Below, one piece after another: positions 46,801 through 61,800 of a stretch of DNA of 64,000 nucleotides. The first letter of the stretch is position 1. Each line of letters opens with the position of its first letter. This DNA is from Phoronis australis (Eukaryota; Animalia; Phoronida): contig NMRA01000096.1 of the NCBI GenBank assembly GCA_002633005.1, forward strand, positions 62,001-126,000. Direction: 5' to 3'. Made by a program: the position numbers and the translations under genes. The notes below the pieces were generated by a model, which saw nothing but the letters and a program-made list of their open reading frames with translations, was not told where the DNA came from and did not search any database.

Positions 46801-49800
46801 TCAAGAAATATCTGCGATATCTCTGTAGCAAGCCGGTTGCTAGAAATATGCCTTCGAGAGTAGCTAACAGAAAGTCTATACTGAACAGAACAAAACATAA
46901 AGCGCACAAACTTCCTCAAAATGTTACTCATAGTTCCAAAATAATTCACAGAATATAATCGCAGGATTCCAACAATGAAGCCAAGCCATCGCCAAATATG
47001 GCGCCGGCCAATCAGAAGCTTTCTGATGAATAATCAGATTATCGTTGTGGTCTAAAATGTCTCATCCCAAATTTGAACAGTTTTGAAGAATTAAAAGTTA
47101 CACAACTCTGCTGGCATAACAAAAACAAAGTGGGAAATATAAATCACTAACAAGTGGTCAAAGACATTTGTGGTGATTCATTTCCTGCACTCATGGGAGG
47201 CCACAAATTTCAGTAAACAGCCAATACATTTCATTAATTCCACACCAGCCACTGTAGAATTGTATAAATACTTCCCATACAGTATGTACTATTATAATAA
47301 TTCGCATGCACATATGTAAAATAATATAACTGTATCATACTCTTAATGATTTTCCGGTATATATGTTAAATACATGTCATGTTCATCCTACATAATGTCT
47401 CCCTGTAACACAGGTGTATATTTGTGCATTATTGAGTTTTGACATTGTATTCTTCATTTCTGCTTTTGAGCCGCCTAAACAACTAAAGTTGCATAACAAT
47501 TTTACTTTATCAACGAGCTGCATGTGTTTCACAGCAAAAGAATCTTTCGTCTCGAATGAAAAACACTATGTTTGAATACGTGCGGGGAGAACACTGACAT
47601 TCAGTCAATCATATACCTCGGTGATGTGTCACTAAATATCCCTTTTTAACTACAAAAATAACCATAGAAATAGATATACCGTTCTCACAGCAAAAATTAA
47701 AGGAATCACTGAGAGCCTTTCGATAGAGATCCACCATCATGTTCTTTCTGAGAATGTCCACTAGGTGTCGTTGGACCAGGGTTGAAACGTCTGCACTTTG
47801 AAATATGGCTGTAGATTCTGGGAAGTCAGTACCTTCCAGGCACCATCTTTACTCAAGCTGAATTACATTCTGAATTGACTCCTTCACTCCCCGGTTTATA
47901 TATTTTTATTATGTCTCAACTACAGCTGATTAGCTTTCATGAAAGTATAAATATTTCCAACTATTTTTTGACACCATCTTGCATAAACTCTAGATCTGCT
48001 GACCCAAATTTGTTGCCTCTTCTGACCCAGATCTGTTGCCTTTGCCAACTCAGATCTGTTGCTCTGCTGACCCAAATCTGTGGCCTCGTAAAACAGTGTG
48101 GTTGATTCAAATTAATTTCTATAAAACGTTAAAGTGATTGCTTCATAATCTCGCTTGATGACTCTGAAGATCCATTTCTACTGCTATTGTAAATTAATTG
48201 TGATGGTTGGCGTGGATAATATGCCTAGAAACATCATATTTGCATCTAAGGCTAATTTTCCTCCAAATTTTTGACGGTTGTCGAGGGTCGCTGAGCATTA
48301 TTTTGTTTTAGAAAATTGGATGGGAAAGCCGTTTTTCGTTTTTCGTATCTGTTAATGGGACACAACCCCTGTTTGGTATTCTTTTATGTTTGTGGATGTT
48401 TACCCAGACTAATGTCATAAATCTCAAGCGTGAGTTCATGTATCAATTGCTGCCACTCCACTCTGGTGAATGGTAAAATTCAAAACTTCCTTTGCTGCTG
48501 TGAGAAGAAAGAAATGAAACTGTTTTGTTCAATTACAGTCGAACAGTGGACCAGTTGATAGCCGAGTCTGGCTGCACACTAGAGCATGCTGCTGCCAGTA
48601 AATTCCGTTCACATGTCATGGATGGCGAGTGGGAGAAGGTGAGTAACTGCCTTGAAAGAATTGCGACTGAGTGAGTGTAGAACAGTTTCCTAAATTTTGA
48701 GATATGATTGGTGATTCTTTATGCATTGTTGAAATCAATTTTTGGCGATTGCATCAGTCTAAAATGAGGAATTCTGATATCTCAAGAAGAGAAAGCTTTA
48801 GGAAGTTTCTTGTTAATAACACTTTGGCTGAAACCAACTTTGAGTTCTTTTTTCTGAACTTCCTATTGTATGCATTGAGAAGCGTAGCACATGTGGAGAG
48901 CATCGTGTTGATAATGAACCTACAGTTTGCACTGGTAGTGTGCACTGATTGGTTGTCAGGGACTAGGAAGCTTGTTCTTCCAAAAGTACTGTACAACCTT
49001 TGAGTTTCTTTGAGTCTGCCTTCAGGACACGAAAATGAGTGATAATAGTCTCAACAGTTTTTTCAAGGGCAGCTAAGTGCGTGATTTATTTCAAGCCACA
49101 CTGCCGAGACTAGGATTCAAAGCATTCTTTGTTTTGAATCCTGGTGTGAGCTTGTTCAATGCAAATGTCTAGCTGAAATTTCAATTTAGTTTGTGGGCAT
49201 TGCCATTCATGTGTTACCTGAATGAGGAATGGTCATTCAATTAACAGCTGTAAATGAAAAGCCACTTGGTGTGTTTAATCTGCTGTAGGCACAGTGTTTA
49301 TATTGTAAAGATTGTCTGAATGTGAGAATTCAGCATTTACCATGCAGCACTATGCAGGTCATGTGACCATCAGCTGATTGTATTTATAGGGGACCTGCTG
49401 TCAATGACACTGATTGGACAATCTGACCTCATGACCTCTGTCTAGTCTTATAAGTTTTCCTGACACTGGCAAGTTCAGTACATGTTTCAACTGAAGTATA
49501 TCCATTCAGACTTCCTCAAACTGACAGAGTTTTGTTTTTGTTCAAGCCATATGATCTCCTAAACATATCCAAGAATTGTCTGTTACAAATACTTAAATGC
49601 CAGCCAGTTGTTTTCTCTACAGATACACGTATCTGTAGTTTTGATTTGAACATAGTTTTGGGGCACTTAGTCCTTGCATGATCATACCAAAGCAGTTATA
49701 ACTTATAAAATCGATTTAATTGGTATAAATCTCAGTTTGAACACTTCAAAACTGGTTTTAAAGATGTAACTGTGGTGCAGTTATAACCTGCTGTATGAGG

Positions 49801-52800
49801 ACTAGAAGTTATAACCGTTATAACTCAATGTGAACACTGCAGTTGGAAAAGTTATAACTCAGTAGGTGGTGCAGGTGTCGAATCTAGTTGGAAATAATAT
49901 GGTACACTTAGGCCCTAACTAAAGTGAATTAGAAAGCTATAGCACTGGCAACTAGGTACAGGAACTGGGAGTTTAACTGTGGGTGTGAAAGGAGGGGGGG
50001 TAGTGATTACGTAACAGTTGAAACTATTGAAAGAGTTGCACCTAAGTTTAGCTGCTCTGAATACAGCTTATATGATGTCACTGGTGCATTTCCGGTATAC
50101 ATGTAAACATAATAATGTCTGGTGTACGACAGGCAAAGTTGAACCAAGTTAGACGTGCCCAAACTTGTCTTATGGGATTTAGCAATGTTTTACTTGCCAT
50201 TTAAAATCTAGCTGACATACCTGTTTACGTTTTTTGTGAAAACATTTCAGTTTGGACATGAAAAGCATGCTTTAAGTTCTATCATAATTATACTGTCGGT
50301 TTACTGCTGTTAGTCACCAAAATGAACACACTGTTCACACTCTGAAGTAAGCCAGTTACATTATGAACACTTTTAGTAGTGATGTTTGTGGTAATGTGTG
50401 AAATCTTACCTGAAATCAAATTCCAAAGGTTTCAGCTAAAAGCAATTTCGACAAAGTATGCGTGGTTTCACAAATTATAAAATTCAATATATTTAAGAGT
50501 GCAATAAACAAAATAGACATCCCAGTTTTTATTTTGTGTATTTTTACACTTTAAAAGTTGTTGCTTCGGAGGTAAGTACAGTCCTTTACCACTTTATATC
50601 TGCAAACAAAATGCTGAAAATAAAAACGCCTTATTCTAGGATGTTGCTGCACATTTTCTGAATACTGGATAGTAGCAGGTAGCCATGGCAACAATATCAG
50701 CATACTCTGTTGATGCTGTCAAAGTGGTTGCATCTGTCCTCTGTGATGATGGAGTGCTCTAGTAGGTCTTAATAATGAAGTACTAGTATACACCGAGGTT
50801 GTATATTTTGTCTGATAAAATGTTTGTTTTCGATTTCGTGACCTTGACATTTATTCTCAATCAAAAGTATCTTCCTTTTACTGCCATGTTGTGAGAATAA
50901 CAGCCGCTATGTCATGGTGTTGGATGACTTTAACATTGTGTAATATTAATTTTTATAGTAGTTATTATCCATACTTTCCATGCAGGATGTGCACAAACAT
51001 GTTCATGGTGAAAACTCACCTTTTCTGCCATATTCTGCAATAACAGTTCGAATTATATTTTTGATTTGAACCCGAAGTTGACAAAATCACAATGCTGACT
51101 TTTAACATTGCGGTTTTTGCTGTTGCCATATATGGTATTGATTTTGATACTATTGCCATATTTAATTAGGTGATCAAGCAGCTATTCTCTATGAAGTGTC
51201 AGCTTTCTAGTGACTTTCTGCTGTTTGTTTTTTAACTTTTTTCTTCAGCGTTGGCATTCTCACCAGAATTTGCTATTATGGATAAAACTCTCGGAAAACA
51301 TTTTGGTGCTATTTTAAAAGTTCATTTCAACTCGTCAACTTGTGTAATTTTTTTTGTAAAAATTTGTACCATGTTATCGATTATTAGTTGCGTGGTTTAG
51401 GCGATTGCTTGTTTGCTGCCTTCCTATTCATCCTTTGTGGCTATTGTCGCGTGAATTTAAAGCTCCTTACAGAGATAGTTATGTTTACTCAAAATTGCCA
51501 CCTTCAAATCAGAGTACATCAACTTTGTGGGGTCTGCTCTTACCAAGGAAGATTCAGTCAATGGTCTCCATGCCATTCATTGTTTAACTACGGTAAAATC
51601 TCATCAATTTAGGACACAAGATGGCAGACAAGTGAGATTTTTATTTCCTTGTTTTTCATAAAAGTTACGTAGCCCCAAATTAATGCAGCTGTCATGTTTT
51701 GAGATCTGTACTATAGACTGTATTTTGAAAACACTGTGACCATTCACAACAAAGGACATTGAAAATAAGAAATGAGCAATTTTGGTTATTATTTTTGTCT
51801 GAAATTGGTGGGATTTTATTGTATATTAAGAAAGTTCCAAAGAGGGCGCTGTTGGTGACTTTGATAATCAATCACTCCTATTTCTAGTAAAATTAGTACA
51901 ATGCAGGATTCTGAACCCACTGAGATTTGAGCTGCATTCTTGTTTTTCCAGGCAGAGACAGATTTAAACGAAGTCAAGTCTCTGGTCGAGACTCCCAATG
52001 GACTGCAGGTATGGCCCTGAATTCTGAATATAGGTAAAATAGTTTACTTACGTGGAAGTGTTGTGCCAATATTCAGGATTTATCATTGTGTCTGATGAAT
52101 TAATCTTGGCTGCTTTTGAATCGACTGAACTTAGGCTTGCTAGTCGTAAGTATGTGTTTTGGTGGCTGCAATTCTATCTAGATTGGGGTTGACAAGGACA
52201 TTGGCATGAGTCACAAATGTATATACTGAAGGTGAAGAATGGGGTGTTTTGAAAGTGAAAATCATGAATAGTCGTGGTTGGGCAGTTAGCCAAACTGGAG
52301 GGGGGGTTACCTGAACAGGTATGATGTATTAATTATTTTCATTTACTAGAATGTCCATTTATATGGTTTCATTGTTTGCTTTTGTGATTGTTAACAGTGG
52401 TTTATTATTGATGATAATATTATTTGTATTATTATTAGTATTTACTGAGTATTTTGTGTGTCTGTGTTATTCACTACCACTGTGTACAACTTGTGGTTGT
52501 ATATCACACTAAGAATGCTCTTGATAACTTACACTTGTGCAAGTATTGTGCCATGTTAAAGCTTGCTGTCTAAGTTATCTGACTATGTGCTTCCTCTTTT
52601 ATCAAACTTATTAAGTGTAACCACCTTCGTTTATTGTTAGATAACCCCTCTAACCCAATTATCTTGGTATAAAAGCCAGGGAAGTTTGAGTAGGTTTATG
52701 AATAGAAATATACTATGGAAATGAATTTCTCGTACGCTCCTACAGGAACTTACATCTGGGGTCCATCTCATGAAACTCGAGACTTACGAGAGAAATTTGG

Positions 52801-55800
52801 CCTTATGCTTTCGCTTCACAATTGCTGAATAAAGTTTAGTCAAGTATCTATGAGAGCATTGCAGTTAAAAATAATTGAATAAAGTTTAGTCAAGTATCTA
52901 TGAGAGCATTGCAGTAAAAAATAATTGAATAAAGTTTAGTCAAGTATCTATGAGAGCATTGCAGTCAAAAATAATTGAATAAAGTTTAGTCAAGTATCTA
53001 TGAGAGCATTGCAGTCAAATAATAATTGAATAAAGTTTAGTCGAGTATCTATGAGAGCATTGCAGTTAAAAAATAATTGAAAGAAATTATCTCGGTAACT
53101 AAGTAACTAATAGTTATGTCTATATTCTTAGAGACTTTACTCATTTGTTCAAGTGCAATTTAATTAAGAATTTTCAGAAATAGTTATGGGGAGCATAAAA
53201 CTAAGTTTCTAGTTTAAGCTTACCATTAGTGTTTCTGCTACTGTCATTGTTGTCTGGGTTAACATCCATGTCTGGCTTAATACCCACATCCGGCATTTCC
53301 AAATTATCTCTGAACGTCCACTCTTAATTTACACAATTGATAGCTTTTTAAGAAGTTTTTCGAAACACTGTTATGTGAGAGCTAAATTTCTCCAGCGGTA
53401 GTGTTTTGGAACAATGCTACAATAAAAATTATTCAATTTAGGAGGGAACGTGCTATAATTGCCTCTTTTCAAAGTCTAAATACTAGATAGCATTTTGCCA
53501 AACGTTGTTTGTTGACGTCTGTACCACACAAATCAAGTTTTCAGTTGCGATTTTTTTTTTAATTTCAAGAACTTTGACTTAGAAATGATTTATTTTTGCA
53601 ATACTGTTTGTACATTTTTAGAAAATGCGGTTCTTGTTGCTGGAGCAGAAGTTCCTAGAGTATCTGGAAGATGGTCGTCTGCTCGACGCTCTCACCTGCC
53701 TCAGAAATGACATCACACCACTTGGCTACGATACAGCACGGGCACACGAACTCAGTTTGTGAGTAAAGAATAATAATATTGTTATTTTGTGAATCCACAT
53801 TAGTGACTTGTGTCTATAGGGCCAAAATGCAGGCTATAGCCTCATTAGTTGTGGTGTTGTTATATTTTATGTTCGTAATGTTTTTCACATTGGTTTGATT
53901 TTGGGCAAATGTCAACCTTTCTTGAATTTTTTTCAAAAATGTAGTATTCACATATTGTATAAAATCATCTTTATAGTATTTTGTCGTAACTACTTGTTCT
54001 AAACGTTTCTTTAAGCTCATTATTTGGTTGCAAAATTTGAGAGTTGTTTTGAACCTCTTAATTGATGATTTACATGGTAAATATTTGTCGGCCAATTTCA
54101 TACCCTTTTATTTCCAACGTTTTTTAGCAGGACGGGTTTGAATATCGATTTTTCTTAAGTGCATGGGTAGATTCGCAAGAAATTTTACATTTATTTTTTT
54201 GTCCATAACCGAGGGAACTGTTTTTCAGTTTTTTTATTTTCCTTCAAACAACGGAAATATCGGCAATTAAAAATGAAGTTGTTTAAAGGGGTCTTTGATG
54301 GCTGATGTCTCTGTTGTTTGAAGATAAATTAGAAATCTGAAACGAAATTCCCTGCAATTTGACAGACATCAGGAATATTTAGTTCTAGCATGAAGTCACC
54401 TGCAGTTTTAGCTTTTAAATATTCACCTTCAATTCCTAAGGTTACACTTTTCACAAATACGACAGTCTCACGACTATTATTAATGGTGTGACATTTCAAA
54501 ACTGGAATTAAAATTTTACGGTCATTGAGGACTATAAAACGCATACTCTTAAAAATGGATAGTGAAAGGACTTCTTGAAGGTCGACACAAGGTCATCTGC
54601 AGGTTTCCAGACAGCTGAAAAGTAGGTCAAAATCACCATTTTGTTGATTAACCTCACTTGAGGTCTAGTCCCTGTATGTGCAAAACCAGCATAGAGTCTT
54701 ATAAACCTCGGGCAAATTCTCTCTGTGAAGACTGCAGTAACGCTGAGTGTCTGGTCTATACCATGATGCTACGGGAAGAGGGGCAAAAGTCTGCTGTGTA
54801 TGTTATCTCACGAGAGTTCTGTTACCTTACACTTCCGTAGTTATTTTTGAAAAATAGTGATATGGAAGTGTGAAATGTGTTTTTACTTCATCTGTGTAAT
54901 TGTCCAATGGCCGTTGTTTCTAGATTTATGATGTGCAGTAATACAGACGACCTTCGTGAAACAGCCAACTGGTGTGGCAAGGGTCAAGAGTCAAGGACCA
55001 AACTGATGGAGAAGCTCCAAGGTATTCTCACTCTTGGTTATGGTCTATGCGACAGAGACACCTTGTGTCTTGGGACGAGCGGACCCAGGCAACTTTGGCC
55101 AAGAACATGCTTCAAATGCGGTGTTGTCTACAGGGTTCTAACTCTGACTGTACAGTACTTAGTTGGTTCCTCTCGTTTTTTTCCCAGTTTTCAAGATTGC
55201 ACTAAGAACTACCTCGTGACTGTGCTCTATTTTAGTTCTTTCAGTATTGCTGTCTTGTAATTCTAAGAATAACACACTGTGCCAGTGCACCGGCAGTCCA
55301 GATTATATTTGTTAAAATCTCACATGATATGGGGGACTGCTGAAATTTTATTTTTTGAACTATTAAAAGACAATTGGCACCAAATAAATGCTTTTATCAT
55401 GTTTAAGTTATGGAGCACAGGACCAATGTATTGCGACATTTTGGTCATTCTCAATAATTTTAGAAACCTTTGAAAAATGAGAAGATCGGTTCTCTCAATT
55501 TTACTTTGTCAAAAGATTTGTACGAGAACCGTGAAAAGGGCATTGGCCCTTAATACCACGAACACTGTTCTAAGTTCCTTTTGTGCGAAGCAGAATAATT
55601 ATCGCTTTAGCAATGTCTTCAAGGTAATAAATACTAATCTGGCCGAAATAACTCTTTGATAGTTGGTATGATCACAAAATAACAGACAAACAATGTTTTT
55701 ATGTATGCGCTACAATCATTTTGAATGTAAAAGTAACAACACCCATCAGGCTTGTCAGCTCATGTGACTTTCCAAATAAGGAAGCCAATGCAATCTGGAA

Positions 55801-58800
55801 CTTGACTGCATTTGCAGCTTACACGAAGCCAGCTGGTCGCTGGAGGCCAGAAAGAGGGTATATAAGAGTATACTGTCTGTGGCGGTTCTTGTGGTGGCTT
55901 CCAAAAATAGACAATGGTGTCTTTTTTGTCCTGTTGAGCGATAATGGTCATTGATGTGCATTTGTGATTTTGGTTTCCTTCAGCAATCCTTCCTGCGAGT
56001 GTCATGTTACCCCCTCGCCGTCTCAGGACACTACTCGGTCAGGCTGTGGAACTACAGAAAGACAGGTGTACGTTTCACAACAGTCACACAGAGCCCTCTA
56101 TTGACGAGGTGTCACTTCTTGTCGACCACGTTTGTTCAAGGTAATTTTTGTCACAATTTAAGAAATGTTCTTAATAACATCTCTTCATGTTTATGGTGAG
56201 ACGTGGAATGAAAAACATTAGAGACATACCAGAATGGTTCGAACTCTTTTGATATTCTTTTATTGATCTGCTTCATTAAGAACGAGGTCTGAGCGGAATT
56301 GAGAATTTGCGAGGAGCCCACAAGTTGCATCTTTCCATTTTCATCCGATTTGGCGCCATCCTACTCAATTTTTGCATGTTTTAATGCCTTGCTAACCTCA
56401 GGAATCTAAGCTGGTCTCACATTTCAGACAATTAAGTGATTCTCAAATGCATTCCTGTCGTCACACTGAGTCACTTGATATATTTTATGTCCCCAGGGAT
56501 CAATTTCCGTGCACCACAGTACAAGTTCTACACGTGCATAGCGATGAAGCATGGATATGCCGGTTCAGTCCTGACGGTACAAAATTGGCCACGGGATCCA
56601 AGGATGGTTCTCTCAAAATATGGGACATAGACCCAGTAGGTGTCCGTGTTTATCTCATGTGTATGTTGTCCTAGGGGTCTGTTTCGGTAATAATGACTCG
56701 CAAGACTTACGTCAGACATTAGGTCTTATGCTCCGCACAATTATATCAGAAAAATTATTGCATCTCACTTAACCAAAAGTGCAGTCTCTGAGAATATACA
56801 TGTAACTGGTAGTTACTGAGAGATGATTTCTGTATTATTTCTACACTTGGATGTGCTCACAATTACTTGAGAGATAATTTCTGTATTATTTCTACACTTT
56901 GATGTGCTCACAATTACTTGGCTTACGTTTTTCAGTAAGTGGATTGGAAGCTTAAGGCCAACTTTCTGTCTTTTGAATCTTGACCTACTTTCATGTAACA
57001 TACCCTAGATGTGTGACAGTACGTCTATGTTTTGAATCTTGACCTATTTTCATGTAACATACCCTAGATGTGTGACAGTACGTCTATGTTCAGTCGACCT
57101 AATTACAATGTGATAAATATTTAATGGTATTATTTCTGTACCACAAAAATGTGATGATTACTGTAAATGATTCCACCCCATGAATTCCTTCAACATGTCC
57201 AATGTCTGAAAAACTTAACTATTGGCTGCGAAAGGTCTTTGAAGTAAATATGAAACGTAAAAATTGTCATCTTCCTACATCAAAAAAAATGCGTGTTTAC
57301 TAATAATATTCAGGATATTCGTTAAAACAAATTGATTAGTGCCTTTGAAATTCTCAACATTGTTACTGCAGTCGTCATAACAATGATTTACTGACTGGAG
57401 TATAGTGACTGATAATCAGGTTAAACTATACTATTCTTGCTGTTACAGATTTGATGACCTGTAAAGGTACAGGCTAAGTCTGTCTGCTGTAGACACTATT
57501 GTGTAATAGTAACCTTTGACTTTTAGGTTCCTCTTTTGACGTATTTAGTCTTTAGTGTTTCTGTGTTAATCTGTATGATAAAATATGGTACATCTTTAGC
57601 TTCCATTTAGATATTTTAGTGAATTTCACACTTTGTTTTCAGCATACACACCGCTTAAGCGAAAAAAAGTCATTTGATGGCCATTCTTTTGGAGTGTCCT
57701 ATATTGCCTGGAGTCCTGACAGTAACCATGTGATTGCGTGTGGACCCGACGACTGCTCAGAACTCTGGCTCTGGAATGTGCAGGTATACAACTGACAAGG
57801 AGTTGTTAGCTTTGTCGTAGCAAATCTTGACTATTATCCTCCGAGTTTGTGGTTATGTGGACTTGCATAAATATGTAACTGTGCTATATACTAATTGTGA
57901 ATGACAGAAAGGAGATTAAAATGTTTTCCTCAATTTGGCTTGTGTCTTTGCAGACTGGAGAGCTGCGAGTAAAAATGAGCCAATCACCCGAGGACAGTCT
58001 GACGTGTGCTTCCTGGCATGCCGATTGTAAAAAGTTTGTCACGGGCGGGACGCGAGGCCAGTTTTACCAGTGTGTAAGTAAACAGCACGTCTGCTTGTTG
58101 TGTTAGTTATAGATAGTGAAAAATGACTTCATCGATAGCATTATTTGTCCATTTTAAAAAGTTGTTGGCCCTGTTCAGCTGTAATTGGGACTTGTTGCTC
58201 AAAACTGGTTCTCGGAATGTTCAAACCTGTCTCAACATTTCGGTGAAACCGGGTGAGGACAGAGGTGACTGCGCGACCTGGACCAAAAATATCCCATGAA
58301 TGTGACATTCAGGTCCTTGGGGTTGTTCTCATATTGTACACTTAGCTGGCTCCAATTCATATTCTCCCGTTTTTGAGCTTTTGCTGAGAACCACCTTGCT
58401 ATGAATGTTCCATAATACATACATTACTAGCGATTTCAAAGACTCAGCTACTGCCGTTGTTGACAGAAGAGCGTTCCTTTTGCCGTTGATTAAACTTTCA
58501 TCTTTTTGAATTTGACATAATCCAGTTTTCAATAAAATCCGCTCCAGTAGGTCAGCTTACTGTAAGTCGGAACTTGTGTGTTAGTTAGTTGGTACTCTCG
58601 ATTCTTACTGGTGCCAAAAAGAATAGAGCATGCAGTATAGACTACTTGCAGTAAATTCCAGAACACACAACAGTTAGTGATTCTGATGCTAGTCTGTTCA
58701 TCAGAGCACACGGCACTAGTATCATACTCATACTTCAAGACATGACCTGCTACTGGTTTCTCTTTAGGAAAGTATCAGTTACCTTTGCTTTATTTGTTTT

Positions 58801-61800
58801 TTGAAGCTCCGTGTGTATTTTTTTTTGTTTTTTAAACTTGTCGGCTGTTCTAGTCTTGTGAAAGATTTCAGTAATCATCAAGTTAGAAAGGCTCTTAATG
58901 CCAAGGATTGCCCAGTTTTTAATGCGGATTAGCCAATTTCGATCTTTTCTGACTCATGATTTGTGGTGAAAAAGGACATCATGTTACTTAGCAACGAAGA
59001 CTGGGCCTTAAAAGCTTGGTATAGGGTGGTCACCTCTGTGCATTACGTTTGATACCACGTTAATACGCTCATTAATGCCACCACCTTTGTAAGGTTACAT
59101 TTTGTGTATGCTGCGATGGCACAAAGTGTATCCTGCTGACTGCACATTTGTCTTCATATTGTTCTGCCTTTCAGGTGTTTGAAACTACTTAGAAGTTGTT
59201 ATACTCCTCGGCCGTTAATTGTATTTGTTTGGAGAAAATGGCAGTGTTTTATGTATTCTCCGCAGTACAGTGTTTGTTCTTAAATGGAACGTGAACAACA
59301 AACGCAGGAGGCTAGTCAATTCATTAAGTGTCCAAATAAGGATGTGAATACTTTCAAAAATTGACAATATTTTAGATTGCACAAAGCCGACTGTGCTGTT
59401 GTGGTGGCAGTGAATGAGTCTTCGTCAGCCTTGTCGATCAGTAATTAATTGTGAATAGTGTCTGCGTTCATCAGGGACGTAATGTTGTTAAAATAACTCC
59501 AAAAACATTGGCTGTCCAACTAGATCATTCATTGGTTGTTAAGAGTAAAAAACACTGCAAAGAAAATTCAGTAAAAGCACCGGAATTCCTATCTGACATT
59601 TTCAGCCTAGCCCTTCCCAGCTAATGCATGTCTTTATGGTGTAATACACCACATACAACTACTTCCTTTAACACTAAGTTGTTGATGGCTAGACCTGCTG
59701 ATGATGTTGCTATCCTATGTGTGGCTATTGTAGTGGGCGGTGATATAACATTAAGGTAATTGAAGTAATCAATAACTATGGTAGTTAAGTGGCATCTGAT
59801 TAATTCACAGTATCTAATGAAAAATGACACAAAGCACCATTTTGTGTGATTGTATTTGTGGAGTATGTTTGCTGAACAGTAAACTTGAGTTCATTGTTAA
59901 AGTAGATGTCCGTACAGTTCTCTGTTGAAGTGTCTGTGTGTGTAAAATTCATTTTCAATTGTTTATGATAAAGTTAATATTTACATAGCTGGACAGCAAA
60001 TCAATATCACCGGTGATTAATTAAACACTGATAACAAACTCTTCTCTTGGGAAGTTTTTTTAATAAGAGATACAAGGTTTCAAATTGGATGCAATACAAA
60101 TCCTTGGTCCTGACCTGTCATACTTGGCCAATCTAAAATGACTTGCTTCTCAATGCAAATTTGATTGTTTCTTTGACAACAGCTCAAATAAACTCTTAAA
60201 AGGTTTGAAAAATATGTTTATTATCCAATACATTATCTATTTCTGATGTAGAACGCAATCTATTTTAAGCAAATATCTTGTAGCGAATTGTGGAAATTTT
60301 TGTTGTTACCTATTATTAGAAGTTCTTAGTATTACTATTTGCATAATAAGGTGTTTATTAAGTTTGATTTATTAAAAATGAAAAATGTTCAAAACGTCTT
60401 GTGTTCCTTTGCAGAAAGACAGAAGCCTTTTTCATTTATTTTTTAATGCGAAGTTACTGAACAGTGTGGTTTGAGGTGCAACCGTTCATAAAAAAGTGTC
60501 ACAAATGTTTGATCAGAAGATGTGATACTTGTTGCCCGTTGAACCAAATTTCACAGCGATTAATATTTTATAACAATAGCACAATATTTTATGTATGTAT
60601 GCAGCAATAGTATGACTGTTCCAAACTTCAATCACTTCAAATGTTACTTAAATGTCTGTATAGCGTTATCACGAAATCTTGTTTATAAAGATGTCGAATT
60701 TCTGCAGCAAACATTGTGGAAGACCCTTTCCCACTGCGTTTAAAAGACCTTTGTTGTTGCTTTTGTTTCACGCCATAACTATATGAACCAAAAGAAACAA
60801 AAATAAGCAAAACATAAGTAAGCATTGAGGACAACTGCTCATTTTTGATGCTAGTCATTTCTCAATCTGCGTTTTGTGCCCAATAACTACGTTCACCATA
60901 GTCCTTGATTTATTGTTATAGTTTCTTTTTGTTTTTTTTAATCCATTTGAATTAGTTTCATGTCCATGTGTGCAATTGCCAGAATTGTCCTTTTTATCTT
61001 ACAAAGTTGCGATCAATGTCCACATTTTTAAAAAATCTTGTCTGAAGTCAGTTAACCTTTTTAAAACTGGCAAAAAATAAATTCAACGGCCTGTAGTAAC
61101 ACTCGTGTTAAATACTTATGTTATTTCAGGATGAGGGGGTGTGTTTAATGTAGTTAGTTGTCCACGAGATAGTAGGGGGGAGATATTTTGGCTTAGCCAG
61201 CGACAGTAGAGAGCATTGTTTGTGCTTGCATAACTTATATGTGCATAATTCAGCACTCAGAATCTATCCATTCATTTTTTAGTGGCAGCCATTTTCTTAA
61301 TCTTTGATTAATTTGATCACACGAAGTCACGTAAAAAAACACCTAACAGTAACAAAATCATCCATTATGGTAGCATTATCTCAACAGTTGCCTCACTAAA
61401 TGTGCCAAGGTCTCATTTGAAGGCATAACATACCAATATTTAGCAGTTTTCATTAATATTGTGACGTTATCCTATGCCTGCTTGCAGGATTTGGATGGAA
61501 ACATGCTGGACTCGTGGGAGGGCGTGCGTGTGATGGGTATGCACTGTCTGCGTAATCGTCAGGTGTTGGCTGCTGACACACACCAGAGGATACGTGCCTA
61601 TAACTTTGACGAGCTGTCTGACACACACGTGTAAGCATGCCATCGGTGGATCCATACTTGTTTGTTGAGAATTAATATTTAAAATTCCTTTTCCCTCGAA
61701 ATCTGCTTTCTGATATTTTGGAAAGTGCTATTTTATGTTACCAAGTCAATCACTTCAGTAATGCTCTTTTTGATGAAAATAATTTTTGTTTCGTGAGCTA

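Noticed and set aside
52826-53081. Regularly spaced repeats resembling a CRISPR array (also 17913-18520 and 3428-3550)
   Set aside because: Units are contiguous with no unique spacers, there are no cas genes, and the context is a eukaryotic intron.
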